From the NCBI RefSeq assembly GCF_046295495.1, contig NZ_JBKBNC010000008.1, forward strand, positions 813 through 64,812: a stretch of DNA of 64,000 bases, given 5' to 3'. The stretch's first letter is position 1. Each line of letters starts with the position of its first letter. Positions 1 to 8,324 of the stretch are shown here, piece after piece. The translations under genes and the position numbers were made by a program. The notes under the pieces were generated by a model. The model had not been told where the DNA came from, ran no database searches, and saw only the letters and a program-made list of their open reading frames with translations. This DNA is from Microbacterium sp. Lineage in GTDB: Bacteria > Actinomycetota > Actinomycetes > Actinomycetales > Microbacteriaceae.

Positions 1-1654
1 CGCCGGCGACCTCGTAGACGGCCGGCTCGACGAGGAACTCGTCGACCAGGGCCGCGACCTCGCGGTCGAGCGTCGCCGAGAACAACAGCTTCTGGCTGCC
101 CTTCGCGGTCGCGCGCAGGATGCGCTGCACGGGCTCGAGGAAGCCGAGCTCGCACATGTGGTCGGCCTCGTCGAGGACGGCGATGCTGACCTCGGAGAGG
201 TTCAGCTTGCCCTGGTTGAGCAGGTCCTCCATGCGACCGGGGGTGCCGATGATGATGTCGACGCCCTTCTTGAGCGCGCCCACCTGGCGCGCCTGGGGCA
301 CACCGCCGTAGATCTGCGTGGTGAACAGGCCGACGCTGCGCGCGATCGGCTGGATCGTCCGGTCGATCTGCAGGGCGAGCTCGCGCGTGGGGGCGAGGAT
401 GAGCGCCTTGGGGGCTCGACCGAATTCACGGCGCTGCCCCGCCTGGGCGCGCAGGACGCTCTCGACGAGGGGCGCGCCGAAGGCGATGGTCTTGCCCGAG
501 CCGGTGCGACCACGGGCGAGGACGTCGCGGCCCTCGAGGATGGGCGCGACCGTGGCGGCCTGGATCGGGAACGGGCTCGCCGCACCGAGGCTCGCGAGGG
601 CGCGGACGATGTTGTCGCCCAGACCCAGCTCGGCGAAGCCGGCGCCGGTCACGGTCGCGGCGTCGACGGCCTCGGCCTGCAGGCGCTCGTGCACGATGTC
701 GACGCGCTGCTCGTGCTCGGCCGAGCGCTTCGGGGTGACGTTCCAGTCGCTGCGGTTCGGGGCGTCGGTGCGGCGGGGACGATCGTCGCGCGCGGGACGC
801 TGATCGCGATCGAACGAACGAGCCGGACGCTCGTTGCGGTCGAACGAACGCGCGGGACGATCCTCGCGCGCCGGACGCTGATCGCGATCGAACGAACGAG
901 CCGGACGCTCGTTGCGGTCGAACGAACGCGCGGGACGATCCTCGCGCGCCGGACGCTGGTCACGGTCGAACGAACGAGCCGGACGATCCGTGCGGTCGAA
1001 CGAACGCGCGGGACGATCATCGCGCGCGGGACGCTGATCGCGATCGAACGAACGAGCCGGACGCTCGCTGCGGTCGAACGAACGCGCGGGTCGGTCGTCG
1101 AACGAGCGACGCGGACGCTCGTCGCGATCGAAGGAGCGGGCGGGGCGCTCCGTGCGGTCGAACGAACGGGCCGGACGATCCTCGCGCGCCGGACGCTGGT
1201 CACGGTCGAACGAACGAGCCGGACGATCCGTGCGATCGAACGAACGAGCCGGACGCTCCGTGCGATCGAACGAACGCGCGGGGCGGTCGCTGCGATCGAA
1301 GGAGCGGGCGGGGCGCTCGCTGCGGTCGAAGGAGCGGGCCGGACGCTCGTCGCGGCCGCGGGGCGCGGCATCCCGCTCGGGGCGGGCGTAGCGCTCGTCG
1401 CCGCGGGCCTGGCTGCGGATGCCGTGGGCCTCGTCGCGGCCGACGCGGTCCTGCGCGCTCCAGCGACGCTTGGCGGGGGCGGCGTCGGCCTCGGGAGCAC
1501 GGTAGCCGCGGTGGCTGGGGCTCTTGCTGCCGGGCTTGTCCGCGGCGGCGCCCTCGGGGCGACGCTTGCGATCCTGGAAAGAGGTCTTCGCGCCGTAACG
1601 GGGCTCGAAGTTCTTGGCGGCGCGACCGCCGGCGGGCTTCTTGTTCTTGGGCAT
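1..1654 (-). CDS. DEAD-box ATP-dependent RNA helicase (partial; C-terminal part lies beyond window start) with ~330-aa basic repeat-rich N-terminal extension
   Basis: Own minus-strand translation; this frame is absent from the ORF track because it has no stop in the window. ATG at 1654 is preceded by AGGAAG. Protein starts MPKNKKPAGG. Helicase motifs lie between ~640 and 1: PFPIQ (Q), RGRTGSGKTIAF (I), PTRELA (Ia), TPGR, VLDEADHM (II), LLFSAT (III). Confidence 0.9.
   Translation of the reverse strand, partial: MPKNKKPAGGRAAKNFEPRYGAKTSFQDRKRRPEGAAADKPGSKSPSHRGYRAPEADAAPAKRRWSAQDRVGRDEAHGIRSQARGDERYARPERDAAPRGRDERPARSFDRSERPARSFDRSDRPARSFDRTERPARSFDRTDRPARSFDRDQRPAREDRPARSFDRTERPARSFDRDERPRRSFDDRPARSFDRSERPARSFDRDQRPARDDRPARSFDRTDRPARSFDRDQRPAREDRPARSFDRNERPARSFDRDQRPAREDRPARSFDRNERPARSFDRDQRPARDDRPRRTDAPNRSDWNVTPKRSAEHEQRVDIVHERLQAEAVDAATVTGAGFAELGLGDNIVRALASLGAASPFPIQAATVAPILEGRDVLARGRTGSGKTIAFGAPLVESVLRAQAGQRREFGRAPKALILAPTRELALQIDRTIQPIARSVGLFTTQIYGGVPQARQVGALKKGVDIIIGTPGRMEDLLNQGKLNLSEVSIAVLDEADHMCELGFLEPVQRILRATAKGSQKLLFSATLDREVAALVDEFLVEPAVYEVAG
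796..1350 (-). repeat. In-frame coding tandem repeat, about 7 units of 78 nt (26 aa) built from RSFDR-xx-RPA decapeptides
   Basis: Units 796-873 and 874-951 are 100% identical at DNA level. Later units diverge mostly at synonymous or conservative positions. Unit length is divisible by 3. Confidence 0.9.
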
Positions 1655-1671
1655 GGAGGACTTCCTGGGTT

Positions 1672-1688
1672 CTGTTCGCGCGAAACAG
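1672..1688 (-). promoter_or_regulatory. Near-perfect palindrome CTGTTCGCGCGAAACAG in the helicase 5' leader, just upstream of its SD/start
   Basis: Read directly. It lies 18 nt upstream of ATG 1654 and shares the GAACAG/CTGTTC core with the 1943-2015 element. Confidence 0.4.
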
Positions 1689-1942
1689 CGACACCGCTCG
1701 TGGCGGTGCGATACCCGGACTGTCGTCGGCCGGGGGCCATTCACTGATGATGGTCGAGGCCGCGATCGCGTCCTGTCCATCGGCCCCTTGGACTCACAAA
1801 CCCATCCGCGCATCACACGCGGCGTCCAGAGCCGACCGCACCACGTTACAGCCCGCGCCTGGGAACGGCATCCATGCTCCCGCGCCGCAGCGCCCGGGGG
1901 CGCCCCGCTCCCGCGCCCCGCCCGACACCGGGCACCCCGCCA

Positions 1943-2015
1943 CCAGAACAGGAGGTCATCCCAGAACAGGACGACCCCGACCCCGGCATCCTGTTCACAC
2001 CGAATCCCCTGTTCT
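1943..2015. other. Nested inverted repeat: predicted ~73-nt two-helix hairpin, or four operator half-sites
   Basis: CCAGAACAGGA occurs at 1943-1953 and 1961-1971 (direct). TCCTGTTC at 1989-1996 and CCTGTTCT at 2008-2015 are inverted. Inner and outer 8-bp helices are separated by symmetric 11-nt internal loops. Confidence 0.5.
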
Positions 2016-2082
2016 CACCGACCCACCCACCGTCCGCCCCCACCCGCACACCTGCCTGCTCGCGGTGCCCGAAGATGGACGC

Positions 2083-2718
2083 ATGGCAGACACCGACGCC
2101 CACCCCATCACGGTGGCGATCGAGCGGCGCATCGACCCGACGCGCACCGCCGAAGCGACCTCCTGGATGCAGGCCGGCACCGATCTCGCGACCGCGTTCC
2201 CGGGGTTCCTCGGCTCGGGATGGGTGCGCGCGGGGGAGGAGAGCGACCTCTGGTACATGCTCTACCGCTTCCGCGACATCACCACGCTCGAGCAGTGGGA
2301 GGCCTCGTCACAACGCCGGTGGTGGCTCGACTCCGGCCGCCCCTTCGCGCGCGAGGAGCGCAGCGAGCGCCGGACGGGCATCGAGGGCTGGTTCGACGCG
2401 CCGCACGGCTCCGTCATGGAGGCGGCGACGACGGATGCCGGCACGCAGCCGATCCAGCAGCCCGTGCCCGCTGCTCCCCCGCGCTGGAAGCAGGCGGTGA
2501 CGATCTGGGTCGGCTTCTTCCCGACCAACCTGCTCGCCTCCTGGCTCCTGGGCTTCGTGCCGGGCTTCGCCGAGATCCCCCTCCCCCTTCGCGTGCTCGC
2601 CACCACGCTCCTCCTCACCCCCGTCATGACCTACGCGGTGCTCCCGTGGGTCACCCGACTGCTCCACCCCTGGCTGCAGCGTCCGTCCCGTCCCCGAAAG
2701 GCCCGTCATGACCGCTGA
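2083..2718 (+). CDS. Antibiotic-biosynthesis-monooxygenase (ABM) domain protein with C-terminal TM helices
   Basis: ORF 1747..2718 trimmed to ATG 2083 because the upstream part is P/R-rich. It has an ABM-like N-domain (ITVAIERRIDP, WYMLYRF, LEQW) and a hydrophobic C-terminus (VTIWVGFFPTNLLASWLLGFV, LATTLLLTPVMTYAVLPWV). Confidence 0.75.
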   Translation: MADTDAHPITVAIERRIDPTRTAEATSWMQAGTDLATAFPGFLGSGWVRAGEESDLWYMLYRFRDITTLEQWEASSQRRWWLDSGRPFAREERSERRTGIEGWFDAPHGSVMEAATTDAGTQPIQQPVPAAPPRWKQAVTIWVGFFPTNLLASWLLGFVPGFAEIPLPLRVLATTLLLTPVMTYAVLPWVTRLLHPWLQRPSRPRKARHDR

Positions 2719-3613
2719 TCCCACCGGCCGGCGCTTCCGCCTGCGCGGCCCCCGCTCCTCCGCCGAGATCGCCCAGGTGGGTGCGGCACTGCGGGCGCTG
2801 ACCGTCGACGGCGTCGATCTCGTTCCGGGCTACCCCGACGACCTTCCCACCCCCGCGGCATCCGGCGTGGTTCTCGTGCCGTGGCCCAACCGCATCCGCG
2901 ACGGGCGCTACACCTTCGACGGCGACGATCTGCAGCTGGCCATCAGCGAGCCGAAGTTCGGCAACGCCAGCCACGGGCTGCTGCGCTTCGGCGCGTACCA
3001 GCCGATCGCGCACACCGACGAGCTCCTCGTGCTCGGCGCCGACGTGGTTCCGCAGACGGGCTACCCCTTCCACCTGCGCACGCGCGTGACCTTCGCCCTG
3101 CAGGACGACGGTCTGCACGTCACGCACGAGATCGAGAACGTCGGGGCCCGGACCGCCCCGGTGGCGCTGGGCGTGCACCCGTACCTGCAGATCGGCGGGG
3201 TGGCCACCGCGGATCTCGTCCTCCACTCGACCGGCACCACGACGCTCGTGCTCGACGAACGGAACATCCCCGTCGATGAGGTGCCGGTGGACGCATCGAC
3301 CGACCTGCGGGCGGGAACGCGCCTCGGCGACGCCTCGCTCGACAACGGCTACCGCGGGCTGGACCGGGATGCCGACGGCCGAGCCCGACACACCCTCACC
3401 GCTCCCGACGGCCGCCGTCTCGAACTCTGGCAGGACGCCGGTTTCCGGTGGGCGCAGGTGTTCACGACCGACCGGTACCCGGGTCAGCCGCTGGCCGTCG
3501 CGATCGAGCCGATGACGGCGCCGGCGAATGCGTTCGCGACGGGAATCGACCTCGAACGGCTCGAACCGGGCGCGACCCTGGCCCGGGAATGGGGCGTGCG
3601 CTTCTCGGCATGA
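2708..3613 (+). CDS. Aldose 1-epimerase (galactose mutarotase-like) family protein
   Basis: 301-aa ORF overlapping the upstream gene by 11 nt. Family-like signatures: VPWPNRIRDGRY, HGLLR, GVHPYL, IEPMTAPANA. Confidence 0.8.
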   Translation: MTADPTGRRFRLRGPRSSAEIAQVGAALRALTVDGVDLVPGYPDDLPTPAASGVVLVPWPNRIRDGRYTFDGDDLQLAISEPKFGNASHGLLRFGAYQPIAHTDELLVLGADVVPQTGYPFHLRTRVTFALQDDGLHVTHEIENVGARTAPVALGVHPYLQIGGVATADLVLHSTGTTTLVLDERNIPVDEVPVDASTDLRAGTRLGDASLDNGYRGLDRDADGRARHTLTAPDGRRLELWQDAGFRWAQVFTTDRYPGQPLAVAIEPMTAPANAFATGIDLERLEPGATLAREWGVRFSA

Positions 3614-3620
3614 GCGGGGG

Positions 3621-3644
3621 CTTGTCCCCCAAATGGGGGACAAG
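3621..3644 (+). terminator. Perfect 10-bp stem hairpin (CTTGTCCCCC-AAAT-GGGGGACAAG) 8 nt after the epimerase stop
   Basis: Read directly. There is no clear U-tract, which is common in actinobacteria. Confidence 0.5.
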
Positions 3645-3647
3645 AAT

Positions 3648-3661
3648 TGGTCATATGACCA
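3648..3661. promoter_or_regulatory. Perfect 14-bp palindrome TGGTCATATGACCA
   Basis: Read directly, in a locally low-GC intergenic stretch. Candidate operator; no cognate regulator identified. Confidence 0.35.
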
Positions 3662-3855
3662 GGCAAAAGTTCAGACAAGCCCTTACCTCTGAGGGCGGCG
3701 CAAACGATACCATTCGGGGTGACGGGAAACCGTCAAGGCCGGGGGTGGCAAAGGGTCAAGGTTCCCTCCGGTTCATACCCGAATGAGCCGACGGGGGCCG
3801 AGGGTCCCGCGATGTGGGGGGATCCTCGTTCCGTCACGAGGAAAGATCCCCCATC

Positions 3856-5202
3856 ATGAGCACCGCGCTCCGCTCCGCCGTCCCCGCCTCCCTCTCGACG
3901 ACGCGTCTCACCGGCATCGCCCGACACCTGGGCACGCACCTGGGCGCCGGAGTGCGCACGGCATCCTCGCTGCACGTCGGGGCCGCCGCCCTCACGACGC
4001 TCGTGGGAGGCCTGCTGCTGGCGATCGCGACCACCAGCGACCCGCTGTGGTGGCAGTTGCACTTCAGCCAGCTCGGCACCTTCGGAGACCTGTCGAGCGC
4101 GTTCTTCAACACGACGCTGAAGGTCAGCGGGGCGATCGTGGTCTTCTTCGCGTTCTGCGTGCGACGCGACGTGCGCCGCCTCGGCCGCGGTCCGGTGCGC
4201 CGCGGTGCCGCGACGGTCGCCTTCGTCTGCCTCAACGTCGTCGGCGTCAACCTCGCCCTCGTCGGGTGCATCCCCCTCAACACCGACAAAGACCTGCACG
4301 ACCGCGTCGCCGGTTCGATGGTCTTGGGCTTCCTCGCCCTGCTGATCACCGCGCCGATCATGTTCAACCGCCTGGGCAAGCGCATGGCCATCGGCACCGC
4401 GATCGCCACCGTGTGGCTGGTCATCTCGATCGCTCTGTTCGTCACGGCCACGATCAACCTCGCCCTCTTCGAGACCATCGCGTGCGCCGCGATGTTCGCG
4501 TGGTCGGGCATGTTCACCCAGGTGCTCGCAGGGGGGTCGCGCGCGACCTCGGCCGCTCCGCGCGCCCAGGCACGCCACCTGGCGACGCGTCGCGTGCGCC
4601 GACCGCTCGTCGCGGCCCGCCCCGGTAGCGCCCCGTCGCCCACAGGCCTGCGCAGCGCCGGCTCCGCTTCGTCGCCCGCCGGTCGGCGCCGATCCACCGA
4701 CCGCGCCACGGCCGGGGGACGCACGATCGCGGGACGCATGATCTCCGGCCGCGCGATCGCCGGCCGCGCGATCCCCGGCCGCACGATCGTCGGCCGCACG
4801 ACGACGCCCTCGACCTCCGCTCCCCGTCCGAACGCTTCGCTCGACACCCGACCCTCGGCGATCGCCGCACCCGCGGCACCCTCCGGCGGCGCATTGCCGC
4901 GCCAGTGCGCGGCCCGCCTGACGCCGGGCACGTCGACCACCCGGACCGCGCCGCTCATCCCGCTGGAGGCCGGCCCCGTCGCGCCTCAGACCGTTCACGC
5001 CCCCGCCGCACGCGCACGACGTGCCGCCGCGCGCGTGCGAGCGATCCCCGCGCCGCGCACGCGCCCGGCATCCGCGCCCGTCAGTGCTTCTCGCGCAGTG
5101 CCCGCCGGCTCAGCGGGCGCTCGTCGTGCTCCTTCGGCTCGGCCGGCTCGCCACTGCGAGCCGCCCGTCGCTCGCGGCGTCGCTCGCTCGCTCCTTCGAT
5201 GA
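3856..5202 (+). CDS. Integral membrane protein of unknown function with long A/R/P/S-rich C-terminal tail
   Basis: ATG 3856 with GAGGAAAG upstream. About 6 hydrophobic helices occupy the first ~225 aa, with strong GC3. The first in-frame stop is only at 5200-5202, giving a 122-nt convergent overlap with the RND gene. Confidence 0.6.
   Translation: MSTALRSAVPASLSTTRLTGIARHLGTHLGAGVRTASSLHVGAAALTTLVGGLLLAIATTSDPLWWQLHFSQLGTFGDLSSAFFNTTLKVSGAIVVFFAFCVRRDVRRLGRGPVRRGAATVAFVCLNVVGVNLALVGCIPLNTDKDLHDRVAGSMVLGFLALLITAPIMFNRLGKRMAIGTAIATVWLVISIALFVTATINLALFETIACAAMFAWSGMFTQVLAGGSRATSAAPRAQARHLATRRVRRPLVAARPGSAPSPTGLRSAGSASSPAGRRRSTDRATAGGRTIAGRMISGRAIAGRAIPGRTIVGRTTTPSTSAPRPNASLDTRPSAIAAPAAPSGGALPRQCAARLTPGTSTTRTAPLIPLEAGPVAPQTVHAPAARARRAAARVRAIPAPRTRPASAPVSASRAVPAGSAGARRAPSARPARHCEPPVARGVARSLLR
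4717..4806 (+). repeat. Six tandem 15-nt units encoding GRxIx pentapeptides (GRTIA GRMIS GRAIA GRAIP GRTIV GRTTT)
   Basis: Read directly; in frame with the 3856..5202 ORF. Confidence 0.8.
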
Positions 5203-8200
5203 GGTTGTAGAGCGTCGGCAGCACGAGCAGCGTCAGGAAGGTCGACGACACCAGTCCGCCGATCACCACGACCGCGAGCGGTTGAGAGATGAATCCGCCG
5301 TGACCGGTGATGCCCAGCGCCATCGGTACGAGGGCGAAGATCGCGGCGAGTGCGGTCATGAGGATCGGCCGCAGGCGTCGCGCCCCACCGACGATCGTCG
5401 CCTCGTACACGCTCAGGCCTCGGGCGCGGTACTGGTTCACGAGGTCGATGAGCACGATCGCGTTCGTCACCACGATGCCCACCAGCATCAGGGCGCCGAT
5501 CATGCCGGCCACCCCGAGCGGCACGCCGGTGATGAGCAGCAGCAGGATCGCCCCGGTCGCCGCGAACGGCACCGACACCAGGAGCTCGAGCGGCTGTCGC
5601 AGCGACTTGAAGGTCGCGACCATCACGACGTAGACGATGAGGATCGCCGCCAGCAGCGCGAGCCCGAGCTGGGTGAAGGCATCCTGCTGGTCGGTGACGA
5701 CACCGCCGACCTCCGCCGTGGCGCCCTCGGGCAGCTGCACGTCGGCCAGGGCCGCGGTGACGGCCCCCGACGAGCTGCCGAGGTCGTCGGAGGTGGGCGT
5801 GACGGTGATGGATGCCGTGCGCAGACCGCGCGCGGTCGTGATCGAAGGGGGCGTCTGGCTCTGCTCGACGGTGGCGATCTCGTCGAGTCGCACGGCACCG
5901 CCCGCGCTCGGGATCTCCAGGGCGCGCAGGTCGTCGATCGTCGCGGGCGGGTTGGCGGTGGCGAGATACACGGTGACCCCGCGTCCGTCGATCTCGACCG
6001 TGCCGGCCTGGCGCGGTCGCTGCGCGCCCGACACGAGGGCGCCCACGGCGCGCTCGGACAGCCCGCGCTCGGCTGCGGCGTCGCGGTCCACGCGCACCGA
6101 GACGAAGGGCAGCGACGCCGACAGGCTGCTGGTCACCTGTCCGACATCCTCGCGGCCCTCGAGACCGGCGACGACGGCGTCGTTCGCCTGCTGCAACGAC
6201 TGCCCGTCGGGCGCCGTCACGTCGACCGTGATGTCGGTGGAGCCGAAGCCTCCCCCCGAGCCGGCCACCTCGATCTCACCGGCATCCGTGAGCTTCTCCA
6301 GCTCGGCGCGCACGCGCTCGCGCAGCTCCACCTGATCGGTACCGGACTCCGAGGTGATCGAGTACGTGATGCCCGACCCCCCGCCCGCGAAGGCGTCGCG
6401 CAGGGCCGAACCGCTCGAGCCGATCGAGGTCTGCACGGTCTGCACCCCCGCGGTGTCGAGCAGCACGGCCTCGACTTTCTGCGCCGCTGCGTCCTCGGCA
6501 TCCACGCTCGGGGCCGAGCCGATCTTCTGCGTGACGGTGAAGGTGTTCTGGCCGGAGTCGCCGAGGAAGTCCGTCTTGAGGAATCCCGCCGAGAAGAACG
6601 TGCCGGCCATGATCAGCGCCGCGAGCCCCAGCGTGACCCACGAGTGCTTCATCGTCCAGCTCAGCACGGGCACGTAGGCCTTCTGCAGGCGCGTCGGCGG
6701 GGCATCGGCGGCTTCGGGGTCGATCGCGTTGCCAGCGGCATCGCGCACGACCTTGCCGGGCTTGAGGAACCACGACGCCAGGACCGGCACGATCGTGAGC
6801 GAGACCAGCAGCGACGCGGCCATCGCGATGGTCACGGTGAGGGAGAACGGGCGGAAGAGCTCTCCCGTGACGTCTCCCACGAAGGCGATGGGGAGGAACA
6901 CCGCCACCGAGGTGATCGTGGATGCCGTGATGGCGGCCGCGACCTCGCGCACCGCCCGGATGATCGTGGGGATCTTCTCGGCGTCGCCGACGTAGTGACG
7001 CTTGATGTTCTCGATCACGACGATGGAGTCGTCGACCACGCGACCGATCGCGATCGTGAGGGCGCCCAGGGTGAGGATGTTCAGCGAGTAGCCGAAGGCC
7101 TGGAGCCCCACGAAGGTGATGAGCACGCTCGTCGGGATCGAGATGGCGGTCACCAGCGTCGAACGCACCGACATCAGGAACACCAGGATCACCACGACGG
7201 CGAAGACGAGACCGAGCAGGCCCTCCTGCGCGAGCGCCTCGATGGACTGCTGCACGAACGGCGCCTGGTCGAAGACCACGGTGAAGGTGGCACCCTGACC
7301 GAGGGAGGCCTCGAGGTCGGGCAGAGCCGCGAGCACCCCGCGCGAGACGTCGACGGTGTTGGCGGCGGGGAGCTTGGTGACCGCGATCGTGAGAGCGGGC
7401 TGTCCGTCGACGCGCGAGAGGGTCGTGACGGGGTCGGGCTGCAGCTCGACGGCGGCGACGTCGCCGATGGTCGTGCGACCGGCCGCGAACTGGGCGGCGT
7501 CGGAGGGCACGAGCGGAAGCGCGGTGATCTCGTCGACACTGGTGAGCTTGCTGCCCGTCTGCACGGTGAGGGTCTGGTCGGCCTCGGTCAGCGAGCCACC
7601 GGGGAACAGGACGCCGTTCGCGTCGAGGGCGTCGGTGATGGCCTGCTGACTGAAGCCGCGCTCGCCGAGGCGCGTGGCGTCGGGGGTGATGGTCACCCGC
7701 TGGCCCGTGCCGCCGACGATCTGCGCACCGTTGACGCCGTCGACGTCTTCCAGCGCGGGGACGACGCTCGTCTGCAGCACCGACTGCGTCGCCTCGGCGT
7801 CGGTGTAGCCGGTGACGGCGAGCTGGATGACGGGGAAGTCGTCGATGCTCGCCGAGGCGACAGTGGTGTCGGCCGATTCCGGGAGCTGGTCGTCGATCCG
7901 CGCGATCGCGGCGAGGATCTTCTGCTGCGCGCCGGCCAGGTCGGTGCCGTACGTGAACGACGCCGACACGATCGAGGAGTTCGTGGTGCTCGTCGCCGTG
8001 GTCGACTCCAGCCCCTCGACCCCGCGGATCGCGCTCTCGATGGGGGTGGACACGTCGGCCTCGACCACCTCCGGCGAGGCGCCCGGGTAGGTCGTGATGA
8101 CCGCGAGCTGGGGGAACTCGATCGAGGGGATGAGCTCCTGCTTGAGGCTGGTCAACGCGAGCCCGCCGAAGATCGCCGCGACGATCGTGACGAGGGCGAT

Positions 8201-8242
8201 GAGGGCGCGGTTCTTCAGGCTCAGAACGGCCAGGTACGACAC
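5081..8242 (-). CDS. RND-family efflux transporter permease (AcrB/SwrC-like)
   Basis: 1053-aa ORF with GTG start and GGAGGA SD. RND-type N-terminus (LKNRALIALVTIVAAIFGG, IPSIEFPQLAVITTYPGASPE) and two large extracytoplasmic loops between TM bundles. Confidence 0.9.
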   Translation of the reverse strand: MSYLAVLSLKNRALIALVTIVAAIFGGLALTSLKQELIPSIEFPQLAVITTYPGASPEVVEADVSTPIESAIRGVEGLESTTATSTTNSSIVSASFTYGTDLAGAQQKILAAIARIDDQLPESADTTVASASIDDFPVIQLAVTGYTDAEATQSVLQTSVVPALEDVDGVNGAQIVGGTGQRVTITPDATRLGERGFSQQAITDALDANGVLFPGGSLTEADQTLTVQTGSKLTSVDEITALPLVPSDAAQFAAGRTTIGDVAAVELQPDPVTTLSRVDGQPALTIAVTKLPAANTVDVSRGVLAALPDLEASLGQGATFTVVFDQAPFVQQSIEALAQEGLLGLVFAVVVILVFLMSVRSTLVTAISIPTSVLITFVGLQAFGYSLNILTLGALTIAIGRVVDDSIVVIENIKRHYVGDAEKIPTIIRAVREVAAAITASTITSVAVFLPIAFVGDVTGELFRPFSLTVTIAMAASLLVSLTIVPVLASWFLKPGKVVRDAAGNAIDPEAADAPPTRLQKAYVPVLSWTMKHSWVTLGLAALIMAGTFFSAGFLKTDFLGDSGQNTFTVTQKIGSAPSVDAEDAAAQKVEAVLLDTAGVQTVQTSIGSSGSALRDAFAGGGSGITYSITSESGTDQVELRERVRAELEKLTDAGEIEVAGSGGGFGSTDITVDVTAPDGQSLQQANDAVVAGLEGREDVGQVTSSLSASLPFVSVRVDRDAAAERGLSERAVGALVSGAQRPRQAGTVEIDGRGVTVYLATANPPATIDDLRALEIPSAGGAVRLDEIATVEQSQTPPSITTARGLRTASITVTPTSDDLGSSSGAVTAALADVQLPEGATAEVGGVVTDQQDAFTQLGLALLAAILIVYVVMVATFKSLRQPLELLVSVPFAATGAILLLLITGVPLGVAGMIGALMLVGIVVTNAIVLIDLVNQYRARGLSVYEATIVGGARRLRPILMTALAAIFALVPMALGITGHGGFISQPLAVVVIGGLVSSTFLTLLVLPTLYNLIEGASERRRERRAARSGEPAEPKEHDERPLSRRALREKH

Positions 8243-8260
8243 GAAGGATCCTCCGGGATC

Positions 8261-8290
8261 GCCATTCGATACAGGGGTGTATCGAATGGC
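8261..8290. promoter_or_regulatory. Perfect 12-bp inverted repeat GCCATTCGATAC-N6-GTATCGAATGGC between the crcB stop and the RND start
   Basis: Read directly. It is 19-48 nt upstream of the RND GTG and 35 nt downstream of the crcB stop, so it could be an operator, a terminator, or both. Confidence 0.45.
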
Positions 8291-8324
8291 CAGTATCCCA
8301 TGCGGGCCGCGCGTCCGGAGCGGG

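Noticed and set aside
796-1350. Regular direct repeats that could be mistaken for a CRISPR array or satellite
   Set aside because: There are no unique spacers. Units are contiguous, 78 nt (a multiple of 3), and in frame with the helicase. No cas genes are present.
1672-1688. SOS (LexA) box-like GTTC/GAAC palindrome
   Set aside because: The orientation is GTTC-N4-GAAAC. That is the reverse of the actinobacterial/Bacillus GAAC-N4-GTTC consensus, and it has an extra base.
3655-3786. 43-aa ORF (MTRQKFRQALTSEGG...) starting inside the TGGTCATATGACCA palindrome
   Set aside because: There is no convincing SD. Codon usage is strongly atypical for this genome (AGG, AGA, CAA, CTT, TCT, ATA, AAA, GGT). 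The region is better explained as non-coding leader.
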